A DNA stretch of 64,000 nt from the IMG/VR virus record IMGVR_UViG_2700988794_000001, positions 1-64,000 of that record; one strand, written 5' to 3'. Every line of letters begins with the position of its first letter. Position 1 is the stretch's first letter. This DNA comes from a virus (lineage: Duplodnaviria; Caudoviricetes). The notes under the pieces were generated by a model. It saw only the letters and a list, made by a program, of their open reading frames with translations, did not search any database and was not told the origin of the DNA. A program made the translations under genes and the position numbers. This document shows positions 1 through 10,225 of the stretch, piece by piece.

Positions 1-70
1 ACTGCACCCACACGTGCGGACTATGTTCGTGCAACAGGTTGCACACACAGAAGGGATACGGGAGCACGCA

Positions 71-1261
71 ATGAGCACCCGAGATGAGGACAGCGAAGAT
101 GGTTTGCTGCCGTCCAACGGGACAGGCTACCGTTTTCCCATTCGTGATCGTAGGTTTGAAGGCCGCACCCAGGAGGTAGCCGATGCCGCTGACGGCGACG
201 AAGATATCGATACTGATGCTGTTGATGGCACTGGCAATGGCGATCTTAGTGCCTCTCTCGATCTCACTGGCGTTCGCTCTCGCCGCCGTGTCCCTATGGA
301 AACACATGAGAGTGAGCTTCCTTCACCTCCGCAGGCGTCTGGCGCACCGTCCACGCTCGCCTCCGATGCTCCTGTAGACGACGATCCCACACCTCCAGAG
401 GAGCCGGGCGTCCAGGTTATGGACACACCGCGCTCCTCTCGCGTTCGTAATGCCGCCGCCCGTGCCCGCAATGTGCAACTAACCGACCGCGAAAGCCGCA
501 TGACGGATTTGCTTGGTGGTCGCAACCGCGCCTCCGCTGGCAACGACCCACTTATCGGAATGGTTACCAGCGCGCCACGTGCGCAGCGCGGACAGTCCGA
601 CACCCGCTCGCTTGACGAGTTCGACGCACAATTCCTTGCCGACGCCCAGACCGCCTTCGGTGAAGGCTTCGTTCCTGGCAACATGTTGCCCGGCGACGTG
701 GGCGACCGTATCCGCCATATCGTTCTGGTGGCCAACGTCTACGCCCAAGAGTTCATCCTCGACCAGCTTGAGCGCATGATCCTCTCCAAGGTGCCGGTGG
801 ACACCATCGCTTCGCGCTTCCGCGTCAGCGTCCACACCATTGTGCTTTGGCGCAAGAAGCTGAAGGCGCGTTGGGCCGCTAAGGTCCAGGAGATGAAGAG
901 CGGTGATATCGCCTCTATCATCGGCGAACACATGGCGAAGTTCGAAGTGCGCATGTCGATGGGCATGGCCCTCGCACAGAAGCCGAACGCCACCCTGGCA
1001 GAGATCACACGCGGCATCGACATAGCCGAGCGCGCGCAGACGAACCTGATCAAGTACCAGGACATGCTTGGTCTCCATGACCAGAAGCCGCTCGCCAACA
1101 GCAGCGACAGCACCAACCAGGAAGACCAGCACGTCAAGGGCGCGAAGAACGTCACCAACGCCATCGCCGAACTGTTTGGCATGGCCAGCGCCTTCCCGGT
1201 CGCGGGCGGCGAAGATGATGGCGAGATCGAAGAAGATCAGTATTCGCGGGTTGCCGAATGA
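71..1261 (+). CDS. putative terminase small subunit with long acidic disordered N-terminus
   Basis: Overlaps the TerL start; HTH-like segment VPVDTIASRFRVSVHTIVLWRKK; GGAG before ATG at 71. Confidence 0.6.
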   Translation: MSTRDEDSEDGLLPSNGTGYRFPIRDRRFEGRTQEVADAADGDEDIDTDAVDGTGNGDLSASLDLTGVRSRRRVPMETHESELPSPPQASGAPSTLASDAPVDDDPTPPEEPGVQVMDTPRSSRVRNAAARARNVQLTDRESRMTDLLGGRNRASAGNDPLIGMVTSAPRAQRGQSDTRSLDEFDAQFLADAQTAFGEGFVPGNMLPGDVGDRIRHIVLVANVYAQEFILDQLERMILSKVPVDTIASRFRVSVHTIVLWRKKLKARWAAKVQEMKSGDIASIIGEHMAKFEVRMSMGMALAQKPNATLAEITRGIDIAERAQTNLIKYQDMLGLHDQKPLANSSDSTNQEDQHVKGAKNVTNAIAELFGMASAFPVAGGEDDGEIEEDQYSRVAE

Positions 1262-3330
1262 GCGGCGCGGTCGATCCATTCTATACAGCGACATCAGACA
1301 TCCACCCCGCCAACACAGCGGGGCAACGTCTTTCAGAGCATGAGCAAGAGGCGCTCTTCGATGCCGCCGCCATCCGCTTCGAGCACATGTACGCTCAGAT
1401 GCTGGGAAACAGGCAGTTCCGACAGGCCGCGATCCTGAAGCACGCCGTCGAGCAGTGGCTCGATTATCGGAACGTCACCTGGATGGGCCAACTCATGCTC
1501 CTCCGGCGCTTCCCGGTCACCGTGCGCGAATTCATGGAGAGTGAAGACTTCATGGGGGAGTTGACCAATACTTGGCCCTCCCTGAAGAAGCAGCTTGAGG
1601 AGATGAACCCCGACGTATTCACCGGGGCAACGCCGGTCTACGAATGCCTGCTAGGCGGCGCGACCGGCACGGGCAAGACCTTCCTCTCCGACAAGTCGAA
1701 CAGCTACCAGCTTTACTTGCTGTCGTGCTTCGACCAGCCACAGGCCCTCTGGAACAAGTCACGGTCCACCAGGATCGTCATCATGTTCATGTCGGTCTCG
1801 CAGACCGTCTGTAAGCGAGTTATCTATGAGCCGTTTAGGAACGATTTCCTTGCAATGCCGTATGCCAAACGGTTCATCAAGTATGATAAGTACAAGCAGA
1901 GTTCGCTTGTCCTTTCGGGAAATATCGAAGTCGTTCCTGCACTCGCCGCCCTCAACTCCATGGTCGGTCAGGCCGTTATCGGCGGCATCCTGGACGAAGT
2001 GAACTTCATGGCTCGCGTCGAGAATTCGAAGCAGGTGTCCGGCCCTCGTGGTCTTGGCGGCACCTACGATCAGGCCGAGCAGGTTTACTTCAACATCACC
2101 CGCCGCCGTACCTCGCGTTTCCCCTCGAAGCGTGGCGTCTCCATTGGCAACATCTGCGTCATCTCCTCGACGCGCTACAAGGGCGACTTCCTTGACCGGC
2201 GCATTGACGAAATGGAGCAGATCAGAGGCTCCGATGCCGACGCCGTCGAGAAGGAGATCGCCAGCCATATCGCCACCTTCCGGCGCAAGCGCTACGAAGT
2301 CGTTCCGGAAGAGGATTACTCTGGCAAGAAATTCCGCATCCTGATCGGCTCGGAAAACTGGTCCACGCGCATCCTCGGCGACGATGAAGTGGCTGGCAAG
2401 GACTTCCCGGAGAACGGCAAGGTCGAGTGGGTGCCCATCGAGCACAAGCGCGAATTCATGCAAGACCCGGAGAACGCGCTCCGCGATATCGTCGGCATCG
2501 CCACGGATACGATCAGCGCCTTCATCAAGCAGCGCCACAAGATCGTGGACGCCATCGAGCGCGGACAGCGAAACGGGCTGAAGCAGATCATCGACCAGGA
2601 CATCTGGGATTTGCAGACGGACGGCTTCCCTTACTGGAACCGCCACGTCGTTCGCCAGATGGCCGACGATCCGAAGACCAAGAACAAGGTTCTTTGGGCG
2701 CATATCGACTTGTCCATCTCCGGCGATACGACCGGCGTCTCTGTCGTGCGCTTCGACGGATGGATGAACGTCAGCGACGAAGATGGCAACATCCACGTCC
2801 GTCCGAAGTTCTCTGTCCTGGCAGCGTTCGGCATCAAGCCGTCCGGTAACGAAGAAATCGACCCGGCCAAGGTCCGTGACCTCGTGATGCAGCTTGGCAC
2901 CACCTACGGGCTGGCACTGCGCGAAGTCACCTACGATAGCTACCAGTCGAACGAGAGCATCAAGGAACTGCGCAAGGCCGGTATCCGGTCGCGTGTTATC
3001 TCGACAGTCACCGCCACCACGGCCTACCTCGATCTTCGCTCGGCTCTCTACGAAGACCGCGTCGATATCGTGCCGCCGTCCGACCTCCTCTGGAACGAAC
3101 TTTCCACGCTGGAGTACATCGCCGACAAGGATATCGTTGATCACCCGCCGCGCGGCTCCAAGGACGTTGCCGACTGCGTTGCAGGTGCCATGCAGGCAGC
3201 GATCACTTCGCGCATCCTCCGCAACGGTGGCGGACAGGTCAAGGATACGGGCGAGTACGCCAAGACCAACCTCCCCGCGCCGCCGCAGCGCATGCGGATT
3301 GCCCCAGGCACGCTCACGAAAAAGGATTGA
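1258..3330 (+). CDS. terL: terminase large subunit
   Basis: Walker A GGATGTGKT, Walker B GILDEV, nuclease motifs AHIDLS and DHPPRGSKDVADC. Confidence 0.9.
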   Translation: MSGAVDPFYTATSDIHPANTAGQRLSEHEQEALFDAAAIRFEHMYAQMLGNRQFRQAAILKHAVEQWLDYRNVTWMGQLMLLRRFPVTVREFMESEDFMGELTNTWPSLKKQLEEMNPDVFTGATPVYECLLGGATGTGKTFLSDKSNSYQLYLLSCFDQPQALWNKSRSTRIVIMFMSVSQTVCKRVIYEPFRNDFLAMPYAKRFIKYDKYKQSSLVLSGNIEVVPALAALNSMVGQAVIGGILDEVNFMARVENSKQVSGPRGLGGTYDQAEQVYFNITRRRTSRFPSKRGVSIGNICVISSTRYKGDFLDRRIDEMEQIRGSDADAVEKEIASHIATFRRKRYEVVPEEDYSGKKFRILIGSENWSTRILGDDEVAGKDFPENGKVEWVPIEHKREFMQDPENALRDIVGIATDTISAFIKQRHKIVDAIERGQRNGLKQIIDQDIWDLQTDGFPYWNRHVVRQMADDPKTKNKVLWAHIDLSISGDTTGVSVVRFDGWMNVSDEDGNIHVRPKFSVLAAFGIKPSGNEEIDPAKVRDLVMQLGTTYGLALREVTYDSYQSNESIKELRKAGIRSRVISTVTATTAYLDLRSALYEDRVDIVPPSDLLWNELSTLEYIADKDIVDHPPRGSKDVADCVAGAMQAAITSRILRNGGGQVKDTGEYAKTNLPAPPQRMRIAPGTLTKKD

Positions 3331-3381
3331 ACTTGCACGTGTAGGTGCTAGAGTGGAGTGGCGATAACAGGAGGCCTACAA

Positions 3382-3840
3382 ATGATTTCACCTCGCCCCC
3401 ACGCTAACAGCCGTCAGATCGTGCAACAGGAGATCGACAACCTCAACCGCCAGTCAGACTTGCTCAACCGTCTCCTCCCCGACGTGCCGCGCTTCACCAT
3501 TGTCGTCTCCGCCGCCTTCCCCCATGACACCGATGACATCGAGCTTGAGAAAGAGGATGCCGCCGAGGCCCCGCCCATCCTCGAAAGCTTCACGCTCTAT
3601 CTCCGGTGCGTCAACGTGCACACGGCCATAGACGCGGCCCTGGCCAAGGTTGCCGAGACCATCCGCAGTGACATGGACGATGGCGAGGAGATCGATTTCA
3701 CCCTGTCCTGTGCCGGTGCCTTCGAAGGCCACATTTTGGACTTGTCTGTGGATTATGATTACACCAAGAGCGGCCTGTATGACGAAGAAGCCGCCATTCA
3801 AGATTACGAGGAAAGGGAGCTTGACACCCACACGGGTTAG
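3382..3840 (+). CDS. acidic hypothetical protein
   Basis: AGGAGG RBS before ATG 3382; clean ORF. Confidence 0.7.
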   Translation: MISPRPHANSRQIVQQEIDNLNRQSDLLNRLLPDVPRFTIVVSAAFPHDTDDIELEKEDAAEAPPILESFTLYLRCVNVHTAIDAALAKVAETIRSDMDDGEEIDFTLSCAGAFEGHILDLSVDYDYTKSGLYDEEAAIQDYEERELDTHTG

Positions 3841-3877
3841 TGTATATTAGCAATCGTTCCCTCCCAGAACATGACCT

Positions 3878-3917
3878 AAACCCCGCTGTGATCCTCCTCG
3901 ACGCAGCGGGGTTTTTT
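3878..3917 (+). terminator. intrinsic terminator
   Basis: AAACCCCGCTG...CAGCGGGGTTTTTT. Confidence 0.8.
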
Positions 3918-3943
3918 GTGCAACGTGTTGCACCATTTATAGC

Positions 3944-3972
3944 TTGCCAAAGGATTGGTTCCTTGTTAGATT
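3944..3972 (+). promoter_or_regulatory. sigma70-like promoter, AAGGA-spacer class
   Basis: TTGCCA-17-TAGATT; spacer AAGGATTGGTTCCTT. Confidence 0.75.
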
Positions 3973-3995
3973 GAAACACTGATAAGGAGAACCAC

Positions 3996-4493
3996 ATGCT
4001 GCGCCACGTGCTAGAGGCCGGAGCCACGCCACCTGAAATTCATCGGTTAGATGGATGCTGCGTCCTCGTTTACGGGGCTAAGCATTACTGCACCTTCGGC
4101 GTCGGACTTAACGCACATTCAGTGGAGTTCCCAGGAGAAGGCATCACCAATTGGGTCCGATCCTTGTCCGGGGCGAGCATAGAACTAAGGTCTATGTACT
4201 TCGTTGACGTGGCATACATGTCAGAGCGCATCCCTTCTCTTATTCAGCAGTTCATGTCAGAAGGTGTGATCGTCCTGGCAGATGCACCGCCGGTACTCTC
4301 GCACCGGGTGAAGCATATGAACTTGAGGACGTTCCTTCAGAACCTGTCCAGACGCCTCGACACGGGGATAAGCGTGGACGCGTCCGGGCAGATGCACTTC
4401 ATTGAGACCTTCCACTCCGGCGTCCGCAAGGAACTACAAGGGGTGAAGTATTCATTCGAAGGCACCATTCGTCGCAAGATCAATCTCGACTAA
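3996..4493 (+). CDS. hypothetical protein (C-terminus RRKINLD)
   Basis: GGAGAACCAC RBS; downstream of promoter. Confidence 0.7.
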   Translation: MLRHVLEAGATPPEIHRLDGCCVLVYGAKHYCTFGVGLNAHSVEFPGEGITNWVRSLSGASIELRSMYFVDVAYMSERIPSLIQQFMSEGVIVLADAPPVLSHRVKHMNLRTFLQNLSRRLDTGISVDASGQMHFIETFHSGVRKELQGVKYSFEGTIRRKINLD

Positions 4494-4504
4494 ATAGGGC
4501 AAGC

Positions 4505-5251
4505 ATGGGAAAGAGTTTCAAGTCGGATCGCCGGTTCGAACGTCGGCGTCACCGCGAGCAGTACGACGTTGTCGTCAAGGGCAAGCATAGCAGGGAGTTC
4601 AACGCTTCCAGCAACCTCGAAGAGTTCCACGCCCAGCAGCGGGAGGCGCAGTTCAACAGACTGGTCGCCCGGCAGAGGCAGGCCCTAAGCGAAGAACGCC
4701 TCCGGCAGCAGAGCGAGTTGCACGCGGCGCGCTTCCAGACGGGTGTTGAGCGCCTCCGCGAGGGGTTGCAGCAGGTGTCTGTGATCGTTGACGAGGTCTT
4801 TATCGACCAGTGGCGAGCTAATCTACAATCCTTCGCGCAGCGTGTGAGATCGCGCGTGCTTACCGAGGGCGCTGCAAACGAAATAGTCTCCCGCGCCTGG
4901 GAGCGGCAGGTTAACTTCAGCAGCATAGAGAGCGTCGATGATCTGGTAGCCACGGACGGGCCGATCCACTGCCTCGTCTATCCGGCGAACATCCTCGGAG
5001 CCGTAGGGCCGGAACAGGCAGAGCAGTTGTCCGCGCTCTACAAAGCAGCCGAGATGGGCGGCATCGTCTTCGTAGACCGGGACCACGACATCGTACTCTC
5101 TTTCGGCGATTATTACGGCAATGGGTACGTAAACTTGCCGACGTTCCTCGCCTTATGCGCGAAGAGAACATCCAGCAGCTTCGTGGTCTCCCGCTCGATG
5201 GCGGCAGCAACCACGCAGGCGATCAAGCGTAAAACACGGCTTGACGACTAA
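4505..5251 (+). CDS. hypothetical protein (C-terminus KRKTRLDD)
   Basis: 248 aa ORF directly following the previous gene. Confidence 0.7.
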   Translation: MGKSFKSDRRFERRRHREQYDVVVKGKHSREFNASSNLEEFHAQQREAQFNRLVARQRQALSEERLRQQSELHAARFQTGVERLREGLQQVSVIVDEVFIDQWRANLQSFAQRVRSRVLTEGAANEIVSRAWERQVNFSSIESVDDLVATDGPIHCLVYPANILGAVGPEQAEQLSALYKAAEMGGIVFVDRDHDIVLSFGDYYGNGYVNLPTFLALCAKRTSSSFVVSRSMAAATTQAIKRKTRLDD

Positions 5252-5458
5252 TGCAACCTGTTGCAACCTAATAGAAAGGGGTGATGCGAAGTATCCAAGC
5301 AGTAATAGGGCCGTGGAACCTACACATGTGAATGCGAAATATAGCATATAAGAACGCATAGATTGTTTTTTGGTTCCACTTTGATTAGATTTTTCTTGCG
5401 AACATACCTCACATTTGGTACTTACGTTCGCAGGGCAGCATTAGGGCTAATCCAAATT

Positions 5459-5932
5459 ATGTATAGCGGCGAAGTTGAGTTGCTTGTTCTCATGTGCAAC
5501 AAGCATCCTGATGTTGTAGTTCCGTGTTACGCCAAAGAAGGCGACAGCGGTCTCGATGTCCAGGCGGACATTCTTGAACCCATCACCCTTAATCCGGGTG
5601 AGCGCGAACTCATTCCTTGCGGCGTCAAGTTTGACATCCCACAGGGTTACGAAATCCAGGTCCGGCCTCGCTCCGGGCTTGCACACAATCACGGTATTTC
5701 TATCGTGAATGCTCCTGGCACCGTCGATATGGGCTATCGCGGTGAGATCAAGGTCAACCTGATCAACCATGGCCAAATGCCTGTGACGATAGCTCCCGCG
5801 CAGAAGATCGCGCAGCTTGTCGTCTCTCCTGTAATCAGGGCCATCCTCAGAAAGACCGACACGCTCTCCGAGACACAGCGAGGAGAAAACGGTTATGGTT
5901 CTACCGGAACCCACCATTCTCCAACTCGCTAA
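5459..5932 (+). CDS. dut: trimeric dUTPase
   Basis: Motifs GLDV, RPRSGLA, GTVDMGYRGEI, RGENGYGSTG; start uncertain. Confidence 0.93.
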   Translation: MYSGEVELLVLMCNKHPDVVVPCYAKEGDSGLDVQADILEPITLNPGERELIPCGVKFDIPQGYEIQVRPRSGLAHNHGISIVNAPGTVDMGYRGEIKVNLINHGQMPVTIAPAQKIAQLVVSPVIRAILRKTDTLSETQRGENGYGSTGTHHSPTR

Positions 5933-5946
5933 CCAGGAAACATAGC

Positions 5947-6210
5947 ATGTCATCGGAGCTTCTTTATTCCCTCGCCGTCCTGGCAATGATTGCCGCCTAT
6001 CTTCTCGTCGGCGCGGTTTTTTGGTCGATGGTTAAGGCCAGACTGGAAAAGGATGTCCACGGTATGGTCATCCTCGAACAGGAACGCCAAGGACACTTCG
6101 CGATACTGATCCCCAAGTTCTCAGTCATCGCGTTGTGGCCTCTCGCTGGAACGGTTGCGCTTGCCGCCGCTATCTGGCACTCCCTCCGGCGGGAGGCACC
6201 TGCACTTTAG
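5947..6210 (+). CDS. small membrane protein
   Basis: Two hydrophobic segments; AGGA RBS. Confidence 0.6.
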   Translation: MSSELLYSLAVLAMIAAYLLVGAVFWSMVKARLEKDVHGMVILEQERQGHFAILIPKFSVIALWPLAGTVALAAAIWHSLRREAPAL

Positions 6211-6237
6211 TCTGTCGCAACGGGTTGCACGACCCAC

Positions 6238-6270
6238 ACCCCGGCGTTAGTAATAGCGTCGGGGTTTTTT
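6238..6270 (+). terminator. intrinsic terminator
   Basis: ACCCCGGCG...CGTCGGGGTTTTTT. Confidence 0.75.
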
Positions 6271-6289
6271 CGTAACATAGGAGAGGTAA

Positions 6290-6532
6290 ATGAAAGCACT
6301 GATCTACAGCAAGCAACTCTGCAATTACTGCGTCAAGGCCAAGGCCCTGCTCGAAGAGCGCGGCGTCAGCTTCGAACTCGTTGACTGCACATTCTCGACG
6401 GAACTGACCAAGGAGATGATGAACCGCTCCGGTCAGAAGACCTTCCCCCAGATTTTCCTCGACGGCGTCCACATTGGCGGCTGCGACGATCTTGTGGCCC
6501 TGGACCAGTCCGGCGGTCTTATCGCGGGATAA
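6290..6532 (+). CDS. glutaredoxin (GrxC-like)
   Basis: CNYC active site, TFPQIF, IGGCDDL. Confidence 0.9.
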   Translation: MKALIYSKQLCNYCVKAKALLEERGVSFELVDCTFSTELTKEMMNRSGQKTFPQIFLDGVHIGGCDDLVALDQSGGLIAG

Positions 6533-6616
6533 TTGCACGTGTGGGAGGAGCAACTTAGACCTTGACTTCTCCCCAATCCTTTGGCAGTATGCACCCATAA
6601 CAAAAGCGGTCGCAAC

Positions 6617-7264
6617 ATGCCATTTTATCTCATTGACAAGCAGGGTCATTTACTTGGCCAGATGTGCCTAAACTTCACGCACGGTAAACACGTGCGTCTA
6701 CCCGTCCGGACCAGGACGAGGCTTACATCAAGCATGGTTGGCCAGACCATTCCGGTGACGGCCACCATGGACGTAGAAGACTTCGAGCTAAAGTATGCCG
6801 CCGACTGGTACGACATTGATTTCGCCCTGACGAACAAAGACGGCAGCGAAGACCTTCAGCGGTCCTATGTCTGGAAGTTCCCTTCCTTCGTACCCAATCC
6901 CTTTTACATGGATGATCGTGAGAACTTCAGGCCGCGCTACGCGATGCCGGACGTAGTCATCACCACGGATGGCAACGGCTACGAGGTGCGCCTCTGCGAG
7001 ATGCATGAACGGGTAGGCGTCCTCCCCCGGCGTACCTTAACGGCGCAAGAGTGGGTAAATGACGAAGGTATAAAACGGTGGCGAGAATTTGCCTTGGGGC
7101 AGGAGGATCGTGATCAGACAATCAAATGGCTGGAGCAGGAGAGGAGAGAGAAGGCCACTGAGGCTCGAAAGAAACGTGAAGCAGCCGAAAAAGCCCGGCG
7201 GCTCGAAGATATCAAGAAATCCAAGAATGCCTTGCGCGTGGTGCGTAAGGTGTCACTCGACTAG
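6617..7264 (+). CDS. hypothetical protein (C-terminus RKVSLD)
   Basis: ORF with charged coiled-coil C-terminus; start uncertain. Confidence 0.65.
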   Translation: MPFYLIDKQGHLLGQMCLNFTHGKHVRLPVRTRTRLTSSMVGQTIPVTATMDVEDFELKYAADWYDIDFALTNKDGSEDLQRSYVWKFPSFVPNPFYMDDRENFRPRYAMPDVVITTDGNGYEVRLCEMHERVGVLPRRTLTAQEWVNDEGIKRWREFALGQEDRDQTIKWLEQERREKATEARKKREAAEKARRLEDIKKSKNALRVVRKVSLD

Positions 7265-7272
7265 GAGAGAAC

Positions 7273-8165
7273 ATGCAATACACAGAACCGAAAGTCATTC
7301 TGCTTTCGCAGACTGAAGTTCACCAGGAAGGCCTGGAACGATACCTAGAACTGGCGGGCGCTCCCGAGTGGACGACCGACACGGAGAACGGCAGCGAGAT
7401 CATCGCCGAAGTGGCTGGCCGCTCCTGCTATCGCAGCTTCAAGGAAGGGCTCAACCCGAACGTCACCCGCGTCCGCGAGGGCAACGAGCAGTACCTTGGC
7501 AATATCGCCAAGCAGAAGCACGGCTCGGTATTCGAGCACGGCAGCGCCACGCTTGCCTTCTTCGACGTGTCGCGCATCGTCACCCACGAGCTTGTCCGGC
7601 ACCGGCCCGGCATGGCTTACTCGCAGGAGAGCCTTCGCTTCGTCCGGCTCGACGCCCTGAAGATGTACTATCCGCGCGTCTTTGGCGCTGAATTCCTGAA
7701 GGAAGTCTTCAGCGCTATCGACTGGTCGAAGGTCGCCGAAGACGAAGGCAATCGCACCGCCATCGATCCACTGGAGTGGGCTCGCCGGACGGCGCTGGAA
7801 GTCAACAACCTCTTCCGCGATACCGTCGAGCACCTGGAGAACGTTCAGCTTCGGCTCGCCGAGATCACCAAGATCGACTACTTCCAGGAGAACAAATTCC
7901 ACGTCAAGAAGGCGCTCACGTCCGCGTTCCGCCGTCTTGCCCTGAAGGGCTCGCCACGTCGATCATCGTCACCGGCAACCACCGCTCCTGGCGGCACGTG
8001 ATCACCAACCGCACGTCGGCGGGCGCGGAAGAAGAAATCCGTGATGCCTTCTGGAAGGCGGCGCAGATCATGAGGGATTGCTTCCCCCATATCTATCAGG
8101 ATATGATCGTCGGCGAACGTGTGGACGGCATCCCGCAGATCACGTTCGAGAACGAAAAAATCTGA
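7273..8165 (+). CDS. thyX: flavin-dependent thymidylate synthase (indel near 7942)
   Basis: HGSVFEH, ELVRHR...SQES; continues as PEGLATSIIVTGNHRSW in another frame. Confidence 0.9.
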
Positions 8166-8176
8166 TCGGAGCCAAC

Positions 8177-8475
8177 ATGAGTGAAACCCGTACCCGCGTC
8201 CGTCGCCCGGACGCACCCGCAGAGGAGAATAACGTGGCAGAAGAAACCGTGATCGCCGAAAGCGATGTTGCAACTGTTGCACTGGTCGAAGAAGCCGTCA
8301 GCGCAACGCCTCTTCAGGGACCGTTCCGCCGTGACGGTTTCCATATCGTTGACGCAGCCGGTCGCCGGATCGTCATGGCTGGCGTCGAGGGCGATATCGT
8401 TCGCACCGGCCCCGGCATCGCGGAAGCCTGCTCTTTTACATGAACAGGCAGTACGTCGAAGACGGTCGCCTCTAA
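8177..8475 (+). CDS. hypothetical protein (probable indel near 8428)
   Basis: GGAG RBS; begins MSETRTRVRR. Confidence 0.55.
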
Positions 8476-8496
8476 TGGGCGTTGATACCTAGAGAG

Positions 8497-8521
8497 AGGC
8501 CGGGCATGTCCCGGCCTTTTT
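8497..8521 (+). terminator. intrinsic terminator
   Basis: AGGCCGGG-CATGT-CCCGGCCT-TTTT. Confidence 0.8.
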
Positions 8522-8532
8522 CATATCAGCCC

Positions 8533-8561
8533 TTGACAAAGGATCGGTTCTAGGTTAACTT
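8533..8561 (+). promoter_or_regulatory. promoter, AAGGA-spacer class
   Basis: TTGACA AAGGATCGGTTCTAGGT TAACTT. Confidence 0.75.
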
Positions 8562-8586
8562 GTAGGCAATCGATAGGAGAACCGCC

Positions 8587-9192
8587 ATGATCGAAGTTAG
8601 AACGAGAGCCCGCCCCACAGCGGCCCCAGAGATCGCAGTCCGTACCCGGACCCGCCCAGAGCCCGCCGTCCAGGTGCGCACGCGCCAGCGTGCCGTCCCT
8701 GCCCCGCGAGAGCGCAACGTGGACGTTGAGGCGTTGATCGCCGAAGGCAACGACCAGAAGCATTTCGAGAACGTGCTTCCCGGCATCCGTATCACGTGCG
8801 GCATCTGCTACCAGGAGACCGGCGAACGCGTCTTCCTCGGCAGGATCGTCTACAAGCGGATGGACCAGCCGTGCAAGGTGTTCGTCTACAAGGGCAAGGG
8901 CCACGAGAACGACCCGGCCAGCTACGTGATGGACGCCACCAAGAACTACGATGACGCCGTCGCCGTGCTCCGCAAGCGTCACGAACACCGCAGCGCCGAG
9001 AAGAAGCCCGCCACCCAGAAGGCAAAGGCGAAGACGCCTCCCGCTTGGCGACCGGCACAGACCTATCAAAGGTCCGGAAGAGGGCGCGCTGAGGTGCAAC
9101 AGGTTGCACGGGTTCCGGGTGGACGGGCTAAGCAAGAGGTAGTAGTGGCACAGCCCGGTCAGCTACAGGTGAAAAGAAACGTAAAATTATGA
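8587..9192 (+). CDS. basic hypothetical protein with three VRTRxR repeats
   Basis: GGAGAACCGCC RBS; C-terminus KRNVKL. Confidence 0.7.
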   Translation: MIEVRTRARPTAAPEIAVRTRTRPEPAVQVRTRQRAVPAPRERNVDVEALIAEGNDQKHFENVLPGIRITCGICYQETGERVFLGRIVYKRMDQPCKVFVYKGKGHENDPASYVMDATKNYDDAVAVLRKRHEHRSAEKKPATQKAKAKTPPAWRPAQTYQRSGRGRAEVQQVARVPGGRAKQEVVVAQPGQLQVKRNVKL

Positions 9193-9300
9193 GCCTACAC
9201 GTGGAACTAAAGGGGCTTCCCAAGCGTTGTAGGTTGGTCTATACTAGGGCCGTGTTGTCAGGAATGTCTAACCTGACCACTACAAAAGGGGTAATCTCCA

Positions 9301-9783
9301 ATGACTGTGCTTTCCACAGCGGAAATGAATGTACGTCGTCGTCTCCGTCCTGAAGCGGCGTCTCCTACAAAGGACGCCACCCTTTATGGTGGTTATGACG
9401 AACAGGTGCAGGGTAAGGTGCGTGACGACATTCGTGATCGCGCGGCTTACGTCTACATAACGGGGTCGTTCCCGACGCACCTGCGCAGAAACTACAATGC
9501 CGTCCTTCGGGCCATCACCAGCGTCTTCCGGACGCCGATGGCTTTGGACCAGAGGGGCGGCTCCATCGGTGTCCAGGACGAGGCGGTAACCGACCTTGAT
9601 CTTGAGCATCACCCGATGGTGAAGATGGTCCGCCGTCGTATCCTCGACGGCTACGTCATCCAGGGTGCGAGGAACGTCGTCTCGCGCCGCCCTTACTCGA
9701 AGGTCTTCCTATACCGGAGGGCTGACCCGAGCGACCGGATCACCGTACAGGTGGACGGTTCGACTAAGGAAGGATGGGAATAA
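9301..9783 (+). CDS. hypothetical protein
   Basis: 160 aa ORF followed by a strong hairpin. Confidence 0.65.
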   Translation: MTVLSTAEMNVRRRLRPEAASPTKDATLYGGYDEQVQGKVRDDIRDRAAYVYITGSFPTHLRRNYNAVLRAITSVFRTPMALDQRGGSIGVQDEAVTDLDLEHHPMVKMVRRRILDGYVIQGARNVVSRRPYSKVFLYRRADPSDRITVQVDGSTKEGWE

Positions 9784-9784
9784 A

Positions 9785-9820
9785 ACTTCGGGCGGGATCG
9801 TAAAAAGTCCCGCCCGAAGT
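9785..9820. terminator. 13-bp perfect hairpin, possible terminator or processing site
   Basis: ACTTCGGGCGGGA / TCCCGCCCGAAGT; no + strand U tract. Confidence 0.5.
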
Positions 9821-9853
9821 GTGTCGTGCAACTCGTTGCAAAGGGAAAACGCA

Positions 9854-10225
9854 ATGACAAAGAGCCATAAGCCTGCAAGGGGCTCGCAACAGGAACGCTT
9901 GCTGATCGGTCTCCTCCACGGGGATATCGTGGACCCGATCAAAGCCATCAATGACTACAACGTGCTGATCCCAGCCGCCCGCGTGGCCGAACTCCGGCGC
10001 ATGGGGTGGCCGATCCGCAGCATCCACATAGCTCATCCGAGTGACAAGTTCATCGGGGAAAGCCTGACCGCGTACACGCTCGATAATCACTTCAGGCGAT
10101 GGTACGGCGACCCGGCCAACCTCGGCAAACACCCTGCCCTCTACCCCGGCAAGGACGGGCGCGGCAAGTTCGAGGACTGGCAGCAAGAAGACTTCGAGCG
10201 CGGGGAGCGAGCGCATGCTGGGTAA
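9854..10225 (+). CDS. winged HTH protein (HTH_39-like)
   Basis: SQQERLL...DPIKAINDYNVLIPAARVAELRRMGWPI pattern. Confidence 0.65.
   Translation: MTKSHKPARGSQQERLLIGLLHGDIVDPIKAINDYNVLIPAARVAELRRMGWPIRSIHIAHPSDKFIGESLTAYTLDNHFRRWYGDPANLGKHPALYPGKDGRGKFEDWQQEDFERGERAHAG

Noticed and set aside
5153-5460. Hydrophobic minus-strand ORF 5153-5359 and AT-rich patch as an exclusion gene or origin
   Set aside because: No RBS, overlaps another gene, no iterons; more likely the dUTPase promoter region.
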